The notes under the pieces: generated by a model
The model's input: the letters and a program-made list of their open reading frames with translations, nothing else
The model's database searches: none
What the model was told of the DNA's origin: nothing
NCBI GenBank assembly: GCA_046598345.1
Contig: JBKJIT010000004.1
Location: forward strand, 265,226-329,225
Reading direction: 5' to 3'
Length of the DNA: 64,000 nucleotides
Source: Minisyncoccia bacterium
GTDB lineage: Bacteria > Patescibacteriota > Minisyncoccia > Phycocordibacterales > UBA918
Made by a program: the position numbers and the translations under genes
Shown here: positions 17,764-25,693 of the stretch, one piece after another
Numbering within the stretch: the stretch's first letter is position 1
Layout: every line of letters starts with the position of its first letter

Positions 17764-19590
17764 CTACCAATTTGCGGATTCACCAACAATTGCTGTAAAG
17801 GTATTCTCACCTGTGTAGTCACCTGCAAAGGTAATCGTGCCTGGAACTCGGATTCCCCAATACGCATTGTTTGTTGCCTGTGAGGAAGTTGCAGTTGACT
17901 TCGGAACATTGATTTCAATTTCCTGTGGGGTGGTAGATGAAAGTGCAGTTCCCTGAGCATAGGTTACTGTACTAGTAGCAAAGACCTGTTCAGATTCTGG
18001 AATGGTGGAGGTAGACAAACTCGGACAAAGAGTAGAGCCAGTATATGTTGTACACATTGACTCACCAGTTACATCCTTATCAAGCCCGACGTTCCCAGTG
18101 GCAGCAATCGTAGTGGTTGCAGTAATTGGATCCATTTGCTGACCCGGTTCGAGTGATCCATATGGAATTGATAGTGTATTGAGCGCGAAAGCAAGGAAAC
18201 TAGTTACTTCAACTCCGATTGAGCCCTCTGCCAAGCTTCCTGTGGCAGAATTATCATCCACTGCTCGGACCTGTGCAAGCCAGTTTTGTGTTGGATACTG
18301 CGTGGTTGTTGCTGTACCGTCAGTTGGATCTGCAATGTACCAAAGCGGGAATGTACAATTCCACATTTTGTCAGTATCTGATGCACCCGTGCATGATGTT
18401 GTTGATGCTGTGCATGAAATGTTCCAAGTTGTCGTTGGTACACTACTGACATAACAATTGTTTGCATTGTACGAACTTGTAGGAGTACATGTTGAGGAGC
18501 TAACGCCGGATCGATACAAGCTGAGCTGATAACTTACTACCTCACTCGAGGATGCTGCATTGATGCAACTATTATTATCTGCGGCTGTAAACTGCAGAGT
18601 AAAGCCAGTTGTCTGCCCTGCTTCAGTCGTAAGTATGATATCAGTACCTCCATTAATTGAGATCGTTGAACTAGCAACAGATGGTGCAACGTTACTTACA
18701 GTGAGAACTGAGTCAGTGCCTTGCGATCCACCTGAAGCTTCAAATCCATGGTTGTCTATAACATAGCCGAACGCGCCGTAGTTTTGATCTTGAGTTGGAA
18801 TAACAATGGTATATGTCGCAGTTGCGTTTGCAGCAACAGTTATAGTTGTGCTTCCAAGCAGCGTACCAGTACAAGAATCAGTAGATGTACTAAATCCTGC
18901 TGTTGCACACACAATCAGTTTTACCCTATCAGCTGTACCAGAAGTGTCTGAATCTGAAGATGTGCTGTTAAAAATAACTAGCTGGCCAGGATCAGCGGGT
19001 GAATTGTCAGTGAAAATAGTAAATGTTGGTCGATGATTTACTTCAAATGGTGAGGAGTTAGTGGCGTTTGTTCCTTGCGTTGAAATAGTGTTACAACGTG
19101 GAGTTCCCGCGTTTCCGTCACAGATAAATGCAAACCAAGGGTTTGATTCAGCCCAACTGGCATTTGTAGTCGTTGCTGAAACTGCCGCTACACCGCTTGT
19201 TGTTGAAGCAGAAACTGCCCATTGCGTACCGCCACCACATGCGGGTGCAGCACCAGAGTTTGGTGTTGGAGAAGCATTTGTGCTGCAAATAAGAAGATAA
19301 TATCGCTCCCCGTTTGAATCAGTACCAATAGCCGTCCAAGAAACTACATCCCCCGCATTCGTAGGATTTGTTGCAGATGATTCAACAACTTCTGTGGTAG
19401 TGGCTGTCCATAGGGGAGGTGTGTTGAGAACTGTAACTGAAGTAGTAGCCTGACTTTGAGCGTCTACTTGAAGGAGTTCTTGGGAGCCAAGATTAAAAAC
19501 GAATGCAATCGCAAATACGAAAACCCCGATGATCGTGGTGTACACAGTGATTTTACCTGCCGTACGTAAATTATCTGTGTTATAAGACAT
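17764..19590 (-). CDS. N-terminally anchored Thr/Ser-rich surface protein carrying C-terminal module 'B' (…YWGIRVP…), the small paralog of the 5587-aa giant's C-terminus
   Basis: 608-aa ORF with TM anchor (ITVYTTIIGVFVFAIAFVF). C-terminal ~250 aa align with giant 27418-44181 (YRSGV…NNCY…ADPTD…; SIPYGSLEP ~ TIGYGALEV; YWGIRVPG ~ YWGIAIPSG). Confidence 0.75.
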   Translation of the reverse strand: MSYNTDNLRTAGKITVYTTIIGVFVFAIAFVFNLGSQELLQVDAQSQATTSVTVLNTPPLWTATTTEVVESSATNPTNAGDVVSWTAIGTDSNGERYYLLICSTNASPTPNSGAAPACGGGTQWAVSASTTSGVAAVSATTTNASWAESNPWFAFICDGNAGTPRCNTISTQGTNATNSSPFEVNHRPTFTIFTDNSPADPGQLVIFNSTSSDSDTSGTADRVKLIVCATAGFSTSTDSCTGTLLGSTTITVAANATATYTIVIPTQDQNYGAFGYVIDNHGFEASGGSQGTDSVLTVSNVAPSVASSTISINGGTDIILTTEAGQTTGFTLQFTAADNNSCINAASSSEVVSYQLSLYRSGVSSSTCTPTSSYNANNCYVSSVPTTTWNISCTASTTSCTGASDTDKMWNCTFPLWYIADPTDGTATTTQYPTQNWLAQVRAVDDNSATGSLAEGSIGVEVTSFLAFALNTLSIPYGSLEPGQQMDPITATTTIAATGNVGLDKDVTGESMCTTYTGSTLCPSLSTSTIPESEQVFATSTVTYAQGTALSSTTPQEIEINVPKSTATSSQATNNAYWGIRVPGTITFAGDYTGENTFTAIVGESANW

Positions 19591-19662
19591 GGATTACTTA
19601 TGAACTTGTTTCATTAATTGTACCTAATCCACAGCCTAATATCAGTGAGTTATACACAGGCG

Positions 19663-20877
19663 TTATTCATAGCGAATTGCATCGAGTGGGTTGAGTAACG
19701 AAGCACGACGTGCAGGAAATATTCCCGTCAGATACCCAACTCCACCTGAGAAGAGAGCGATAAATGTGAGGAATCCAAGTGGGAACGCGAAGAGGCCTAC
19801 AGACTGCCCTCCGAATTGACTTGCCGCAAGATTGAGGAGTAAATTCACAACCCATCCCAAGGTTACCCCCATGACTATCCCACTCACTCCCCCCAGGAAA
19901 CCCACAATGATAGATTCTGAAACAAATAAGAACTTAATGTCTCGAGGAGAGGCTCCAATAGTGCGCATAATCCCAATTTCCTTCGTTCGCTCAAGAAGAG
20001 TCACCGTCATCGTATTAAACATACCGATCGCAGACACAAGGAGCGCAATACCACCAAATGTTGCCAGCACTGCCTGAACTCCCTCGAAAATCTTAGAGGC
20101 CTGCTCCACCGTCTTGGAAAGTGCAGTCACACGGTATCCCGCCTTAATAAGGCTTTCTTCAATGAGTGGAAGAAACTCACTGGACACCACTTTAACCTGA
20201 GCGCGATCATAGACTTCAATTCCCACATAGTTTTTAAGCTCAGGGAGCATCATGAGCGCATTAAGAACCCCCTCCTCCTTGGTTACTCCTTTTACCTTGT
20301 ATTGCTTTGCAATATTAATTTCAGTAATTGCATCGGTACCATCATTTGCCGGAATAAGGAGACGGAACGAAACCTCCTGTCCGATGAAATTGTTGATTTG
20401 ATCATCCGCGATACCGAAAAGCTTGAGTACCGCGGGTGAAATCATCACTTCGTTCGTATTGCCAATATCTTCATCCTTAAATACATCTCCCGCTGAGGTG
20501 GTAATACCTGCATACCGAAGGTATGCAGGTTCAGCGCCTTGAAGAAAGATGTTTCCTGTAAGCCCTTTATAAGTAATGAGCGCAGGAAAACGTGCGAGGG
20601 GCGCTGCATCCTCAATATTGGGATCTTTTTCAAACTCCCCGATTATGTCGTCATCAATAACAATGTTCTTCCCTCCAGTAGCGGAAACACCCAAGGAAAG
20701 GAGGCTGTCCCCGAAAACGATCTGTTCGAGAATAATCTGCTGTAGTCCAAAGCCAAGTCCCACAAGGACCACAACCGCACCCGTACCAACACCCATACCC
20801 AAAATTGTAAGCCACGTACGAAGTGGATTTGTCTTAAACATACGCGTCGAAAGACGCGCAAGATCAACTACTTGCAT
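19663..20877 (-). CDS. ABC transporter permease, FtsX/MacB family
   Basis: 404-aa ORF with TM1, a large extracytoplasmic domain, and three C-terminal TMs of FtsX type (…GASPRDIKFLFVSESIIVGFLGG…). Its start codon lies inside the repeated 'ACTTGCAT…CTATATAGTAAA' cassette. Confidence 0.8.
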   Translation of the reverse strand: MQVVDLARLSTRMFKTNPLRTWLTILGMGVGTGAVVVLVGLGFGLQQIILEQIVFGDSLLSLGVSATGGKNIVIDDDIIGEFEKDPNIEDAAPLARFPALITYKGLTGNIFLQGAEPAYLRYAGITTSAGDVFKDEDIGNTNEVMISPAVLKLFGIADDQINNFIGQEVSFRLLIPANDGTDAITEINIAKQYKVKGVTKEEGVLNALMMLPELKNYVGIEVYDRAQVKVVSSEFLPLIEESLIKAGYRVTALSKTVEQASKIFEGVQAVLATFGGIALLVSAIGMFNTMTVTLLERTKEIGIMRTIGASPRDIKFLFVSESIIVGFLGGVSGIVMGVTLGWVVNLLLNLAASQFGGQSVGLFAFPLGFLTFIALFSGGVGYLTGIFPARRASLLNPLDAIRYE

Positions 20878-20932
20878 ACTCTATATAGTAAACTACCCTC
20901 TCCTCATAACCCATACGTTCTCCACTGATTCC
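20867..20932. promoter_or_regulatory. copy 1 of a repeated start-site cassette (gatcaaCTACTTGCATACTCTATATAGTAAACTACC…TTCTCCACTGATTCC) containing the ATG of the ABC permease
   Basis: Direct repeat of 21702-21735 and 22641-22715. Includes the 8-bp palindrome CTATATAG. The ATG of gene 19663-20877 and its first codons (MQVVD) lie inside the element. Confidence 0.6.
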
Positions 20933-21059
20933 TAGATTCACTACCTAAGTAGATCCGGTTCATTAGCAAGCTCGGCATGCACATGTGTGTGCATAGAGTT
21001 GTATCCGAAGGACTTACTATTGATTATTTAGTCGTATAGAGTTACATTCGGTCTACCCT

Positions 21060-21689
21060 ATGGAAAAGATTCCTCTTTATAAGGCAAAGCGTATATTCGA
21101 TATAGTTTTTTCCCTTTCAATACTCATCATCCTTTCCCCTGTCATCCTATTTTTCTTATTTGGAATTATTCTCGAGCACATCATACGATTGCGGCCTTTC
21201 GATCCACTCTTCTATAGTGAAATCCGCTATTCCCAAGGGGAACCGTTTACACTCTATAAATTCAATATCTTTAAGCAAGAGGTAATAGAGGAAATGCGTT
21301 CACAAGGAGCATTTATTCATACAAAACAACTTGAACGAGAAGGTTCAACTCTGTGTATAGGCTGGATTCTCAAGCAGATATACCTTGATGAACTTCCACA
21401 ATTTTTTAATATTCTGAGAGGTGATATGACTGTAGTCGGTCCAAGACCAGTAAACTACGAGGTCTATCAGAAACTTCTTGGACTGGGAATTACGGACAAA
21501 GCAAAAGTGAAGTCTGGTCTCACGGGAAACTACCAGTCCTATAAAAATACAGCAGGTAAAAAATCTGAAGACATGGATAGAGAGTATGTCGAATACTATC
21601 GTACACACCCGTGGCCTAAGGTGCTTCTCTTTGATTTAAAAATAATTTTACGCACGCTTAAAGTCTTATTCCTTGCACGAGGGATTTAG
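21060..21689 (+). CDS. bacterial sugar transferase (small phosphoglycosyltransferase, PglC/WbaP C-terminal-domain type)
   Basis: 209-aa ORF with N-terminal TM (IVFSLSILIILSPVILFFLFGIIL). 'DELPQFFNILRGDMTVVGPRP' matches the PF02397 signature (DELPQLxNVLxGDMSLVGPRP). Confidence 0.85.
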   Translation: MEKIPLYKAKRIFDIVFSLSILIILSPVILFFLFGIILEHIIRLRPFDPLFYSEIRYSQGEPFTLYKFNIFKQEVIEEMRSQGAFIHTKQLEREGSTLCIGWILKQIYLDELPQFFNILRGDMTVVGPRPVNYEVYQKLLGLGITDKAKVKSGLTGNYQSYKNTAGKKSEDMDREYVEYYRTHPWPKVLLFDLKIILRTLKVLFLARGI

Positions 21690-21701
21690 TTACACTTGGA
21701 T

Positions 21702-21735
21702 CAACGACTTGCATCCTCTATATAGTAAAAATAAG
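21702..21735. repeat. copy 2 (shortest) of the start-site cassette, in the convergent 3' intergenic space between the sugar transferase and protease genes
   Basis: 'caacgACTTGCATCCTCTATATAGTAAAAATAAG'. It would encode MQVVDPSVTKSLVQGIRL* on the minus strand but has no downstream gene, so it is probably a remnant. Confidence 0.5.
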
Positions 21736-21745
21736 TAGCGAGTGA

Positions 21746-22615
21746 TTACATCGATTGATCAATCCCCCAGTTTGCTTGATCTCCTTCGAGTAACTTAAGC
21801 GCTGCGTTAATAGGTACCGCAAAATTCAAGTTCTGAACTCCTATAGCATTATCTTCATACTCAAACGTCCATGCAGGTATTCCGATGAGTTCACCTCGAT
21901 CGTTTAATAGTGCTCCACCACTATTCCCTGAAGAAATAGGATTGGTGATTTGTAATTCTTGACGCGACTCAAATGTGCGAATTCCACTAATATTACCCAG
22001 AGATAGAGTGTGCAGGTAGCCCTCAGGATGACCGATGACGAGTACTTTGTCCCCAATCTGGATCGAATCTGAATTTCCTATTGGTATAGGTTGGAGCTTC
22101 GTCGCATCAATCTTAATAAAGGCAACATCCATACCCTCATCAGCAGCAAGAACTGCGGTAACGGGATAGTGAGTGCCATCAGATGTTGTTACGACCGCTT
22201 TCACTTTGTCATGTGCAACATGATCGTTCGTAAGAATAACCCCATCCTCAGTTAAGATCGAGCCGCTCGCGATATAGACGAAACCCAATTCATCTTCTGT
22301 CGTTATGTACACGACGCTTTTTGAATTCTTATTGTAATTAGCAATATCAGCCATTGCTTCTGGCTCGTCTGCACGAACAAGTGATGGACGTTTCGTTACT
22401 CGCCTGTTTTCATATAGCGACAAAAGGTCGGGATTGAGTGTTTCAAGTATCTCGCTTATTTCCGTGTCCAAGGTAATGACAGTATCCGGACGGAGTTCCT
22501 CATACGTTCCAAAAGGAAGATAATACTGCACCCAGGGCCAGGCAAGCCAAACAAACATGAGTACAACAAGCCCATCAATTATTCTCCTCCACCACGTAGT
22601 ACACTTTGCACTCAT
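21746..22615 (-). CDS. membrane-anchored trypsin-like serine protease (S1/HtrA-like catalytic domain, no obvious PDZ)
   Basis: 289-aa ORF with N-terminal TM (LVVLMFVWLAWPWV). Catalytic His (…LTNDHVAHD), Asp (…AADEGMDVAFIKID) and Ser in GNSGGAL. Confidence 0.8.
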   Translation of the reverse strand: MSAKCTTWWRRIIDGLVVLMFVWLAWPWVQYYLPFGTYEELRPDTVITLDTEISEILETLNPDLLSLYENRRVTKRPSLVRADEPEAMADIANYNKNSKSVVYITTEDELGFVYIASGSILTEDGVILTNDHVAHDKVKAVVTTSDGTHYPVTAVLAADEGMDVAFIKIDATKLQPIPIGNSDSIQIGDKVLVIGHPEGYLHTLSLGNISGIRTFESRQELQITNPISSGNSGGALLNDRGELIGIPAWTFEYEDNAIGVQNLNFAVPINAALKLLEGDQANWGIDQSM

Positions 22616-22656
22616 ACAGACAGAATTGGTGTGTGCCCAAGATCAGCGACTTGCAT
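22612..22656 (-). CDS. putative 14-codon leader ORF (MQVADLGHTPILSV) translationally coupled (ATGA overlap) to the S1 protease
   Basis: Lies within copy 3 of the cassette. Reading the minus strand: ATG CAA GTC GCT GAT CTT GGG CAC ACA CCA ATT CTG TCT GTA TGA, where the TGA overlaps the protease ATG (GTATGAGTG). Confidence 0.35.
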   Translation of the reverse strand: MQVADLGHTPILSV

Positions 22657-22715
22657 ATTCTATATAGTAAACTACCGAGTTCAACAAACTCTTACTTTCT
22701 CCACTGGTTCAATCT
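22641..22715. promoter_or_regulatory. copy 3 of the start-site cassette, upstream of the S1 protease
   Basis: 'gatcagCGACTTGCATATTCTATATAGTAAACTACCgagttcaacaaactcTTACTTTCTCCACTGGTTCaatc'. About 80% identical to copy 1 over ~75 bp. Confidence 0.6.
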
Positions 22716-22726
22716 GTTAAATGCAA

Positions 22727-23875
22727 TTAAATAAACCGGAAACTTGAGATAACTCTGTTAAGTATGGCGTCCTCAGTCACGTCAACACCTTTAGAAGGAA
22801 CGATAGATATGAGATACATGACTCCATTATTGATAGTGCAAAAATTAGTAAAACGAGTAGTGTTGTTCGTGGCATCGTATTTTGTGAAGCTTATGCCATT
22901 CAATAATATCTGAGTAAATGGGGTAGACCGTCCTGCAATTTCACGAGAACAATTTAGTGTCCCCTCTGTCAGTGCGTTAATCACAAATGAACCAGGTGCG
23001 TATTGCTTCCCATCCATTGGTCTGAAGCGTATGGCAGTATCGTTAGGCCCATTCTCATAATCACCTAAATTCGTTACACCTGGAGGATACTCCACGTGAA
23101 ATCCATACTGAGTATTAGTATAAGTATTCCAACCATCATCAGTTTTTTCAATAACAGCAGATGGCGTTGGGACAGTAATTTTTGTTGGCCAAACGATATT
23201 TGTCTCACTTGCGCCTACAACCTTCTCGTCAAAGGTGATGTTTGTTATCGAATCCAGGCGAAATATGTAATTCTCGGTCACTACATACCCACTACACCTC
23301 TCCCCTTCGGCACTACATATCCAAAAGGCAGGCCTCCCATCAATTTCGGTTGTTCTAATTTCACTAGTATATTCGTAAATTAACTTCTGTAACAATTCCA
23401 ATATTTTTATTTTTTGAGTATTGGTATATACAAAAATACTTGGCTTCCATTTCTCTTCAAGTGAAAAAACAGCTACGTCTTGTGTTTTATCAACCCACCC
23501 ACGTGATGCAAAATCATCTTGAGTTAATTGCTTCACTTGCAAACTGGGCGAATGTTGGAATGCAAACCCATATTCCTTATTTTCGTACAAAACCCAGTCA
23601 GTCTTATCTTTATCTAAATCATATGTATACGAACCATGAGCCGGGAGACCTTCTTGAATTTGAATATATTTTATTTCTGTTAACTGAGGTGGCTTTTTAA
23701 CCTCAATTATTCTTTGAACCGCAACAACCTTTTCGGGTGCATGGTTGTAACCTATAAGCCCACCAATAAATGGCATAAGAATAAATAATACCAGTGCCAG
23801 ATATTTTGAAAGCGGAGTAATAACAAATAAAGGGCTTTTTGGCTTTGCCTCTAATATTAGATTTTCTTGTTCCAT
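22727..23875 (-). CDS. hypothetical membrane-anchored extracytoplasmic protein
   Basis: ORF 22727-24013. The internal Met (MEQENL…, 23875) precedes the single TM (YLALVLFILMPFIGGLIGY). The remaining ~330 aa have no recognisable family. Confidence 0.5.
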   Translation of the reverse strand: MEQENLILEAKPKSPLFVITPLSKYLALVLFILMPFIGGLIGYNHAPEKVVAVQRIIEVKKPPQLTEIKYIQIQEGLPAHGSYTYDLDKDKTDWVLYENKEYGFAFQHSPSLQVKQLTQDDFASRGWVDKTQDVAVFSLEEKWKPSIFVYTNTQKIKILELLQKLIYEYTSEIRTTEIDGRPAFWICSAEGERCSGYVVTENYIFRLDSITNITFDEKVVGASETNIVWPTKITVPTPSAVIEKTDDGWNTYTNTQYGFHVEYPPGVTNLGDYENGPNDTAIRFRPMDGKQYAPGSFVINALTEGTLNCSREIAGRSTPFTQILLNGISFTKYDATNNTTRFTNFCTINNGVMYLISIVPSKGVDVTEDAILNRVISSFRFI

Positions 23876-24053
23876 GACTAAATCATAGCATGCGAGTTTA
23901 GAACCATCTGCAGTTGCGCGCACGTAGAAGTCACTAAACATGCAAATCTTGAGAAAAGTTCGAGGCGCAAGTTCTTTTGTGCATGAGCCGTACCCATGTA
24001 CGGTGAAAAGCAAAAGGACGCAGCGACAAAGAAATTTTCCAAGATTTCAAGGT

Positions 24054-25376
24054 TTAGGCTTTGTAGCTGACGTCAACGCCAAGTGCAATCAACTTCTCCA
24101 TATACCTCGCCACCTCATCGGCAATCTTTTCCTTAAGTGATAGTCCTCCCTCTTTAATATCTTCCTGAAGTCGCGCGTGGAAATCTACTTCTCCATTTAT
24201 CCCTGAGAGTCTGTCAGCAATTATCCCGGTGAGATTCTCACGCGTAAGTTTTGTAAGTTTTATATCATGAGTAAGTAGAAGGTACTCCCGAACACGCTCT
24301 GCAAACTTATGCTGTTCAAAAAATGCAGCGTCTGAATCATTATCACTTCGGAAGCGTCGCACGTCATCTGCCTGCTTCACGATCTGGACTGAAACATCAG
24401 CCATTTTTAGCGCAGTTTCCTTATCGATGCCTGCTCCCCCCTCATCATACCTTTTAACGAGCGCATCAATAAATAGTTTCTTATGAATTTTTCCCTGAAT
24501 GAGAAGATTGACCGCCTTTTCAAGACGACTGAGTTGGCTATACGAGTATTTCTGGGTTAGAAAATTGGTGAGACTACGGACCCGCAGCATATCAACAGAG
24601 TCGTATGGAAAAAGGCGAGCAAGCTGCTCAAGCTCCGTCACGATAGTTTCCCCTTCCATAACAGGCTTAATTTGTTTTCTCTGGGGATTTACCACCTCGC
24701 GAACAATAAATCCGTCTTTCAAATAATACACGCGATGTGCGTAAGAAAGGTGTGCGGCATTATGGGACACCATAATAATAGTGCGTTGATCAAACGTATT
24801 AATCTCGTCAATTTTGTCCATCACTTGCTGTGTAGAGACGGAGTCGAGGTTCCCTGTTGGTTCATCAGCCAATAGAATCTGTGGGTCATTCACCATAGAA
24901 CGTGCAACGGATACACGTTGCTGTTGACCTCCCGAGAGCATCGAGGGAATCTTATGAGAAACATGACCTACCCCGAACCGTTCAAGAAGCATTTGCGCAC
25001 GGCGTTCACGCGTTGCCTTATTCGCGTCACAAAAGATCATAGGAAGTGCTACATTATCGAGAACAGAAAGCGAGCCAATTAGGTTGAATGACTGGAAGAT
25101 AATTCCCATGATGTACCGTTGGAAATAGACACGCTCCTGGGGTGGATATGAGTAAATATCGTCACCACGAATAAGGAGAGTGCCGCCGCCAGGAGGTAGG
25201 GAGCCTTGGATTGCATACATCAGAGTCGATTTTCCTGAACCAGAACTGCCGAAGAGAATGATGTACTCCCCTTCGTAGATGTCCGTGTTTACATTCTGAA
25301 GTGCCTTGTACTCATTTGACTTCCCTTTGTTGTAGGTGATATCCAAATTTCTGCAAACTATCAAAGGCTTAGCCAT
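24054..25376 (-). CDS. ABC transporter ATP-binding protein (MacB/LolD-like NBD) with an unusual ~220-aa C-terminal extension
   Basis: Walker A GSSGSGKST, signature LSGGQQQRVSVAR, Walker B ILLADEPTGNLD, H-loop VSHN. Probable start MAKPLIV… (25376); the ORF is open to 25457. The C-terminal extension (VVNPQRKQ…VSYKA) is predicted helical and of unknown function. Confidence 0.8.
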   Translation of the reverse strand: MAKPLIVCRNLDITYNKGKSNEYKALQNVNTDIYEGEYIILFGSSGSGKSTLMYAIQGSLPPGGGTLLIRGDDIYSYPPQERVYFQRYIMGIIFQSFNLIGSLSVLDNVALPMIFCDANKATRERRAQMLLERFGVGHVSHKIPSMLSGGQQQRVSVARSMVNDPQILLADEPTGNLDSVSTQQVMDKIDEINTFDQRTIIMVSHNAAHLSYAHRVYYLKDGFIVREVVNPQRKQIKPVMEGETIVTELEQLARLFPYDSVDMLRVRSLTNFLTQKYSYSQLSRLEKAVNLLIQGKIHKKLFIDALVKRYDEGGAGIDKETALKMADVSVQIVKQADDVRRFRSDNDSDAAFFEQHKFAERVREYLLLTHDIKLTKLTRENLTGIIADRLSGINGEVDFHARLQEDIKEGGLSLKEKIADEVARYMEKLIALGVDVSYKA

Positions 25377-25589
25377 GGTACAAACATCTTTGGCGTATTT
25401 TTTCGTTGCTCGCTCGTTTGCTCCACGCACTGTAGGTTGACTACAGCTTGGTCGCAAGCCTCACGAGCGCCTTAAAATACACTCAAAGACTGATTGTCCT
25501 ATTGTATACTAATGATTCTCTATTTTTCATAATTCTCCACGTTGTTCAAGTAGATGTACACAATATCGTAAGCGTGTGGCGAGGAGCCG

Positions 25590-25672
25590 TCAGATACAAG
25601 GCGCTGAGCCGCGATGACACGAGGCGTACAGGGCGTACGGTGAGTGTCATCGCGGTGAGAGCAACGCCGTAG
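25590..25672. ncRNA. structured intergenic element D1 (nested hairpins), a repeat of 27319-27394
   Basis: ccGCGATGACAC-[gagg CGTAC aggg c GTACG gtga]-GTGTCATCGCgg. 12-bp outer stem and 5-bp inner stem. Conserved flanks gatacaaggcRctgagcc … agYaacgccgtagat. Confidence 0.4.
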
Positions 25673-25693
25673 ATGGCGGCTCCCCGCTGCACG

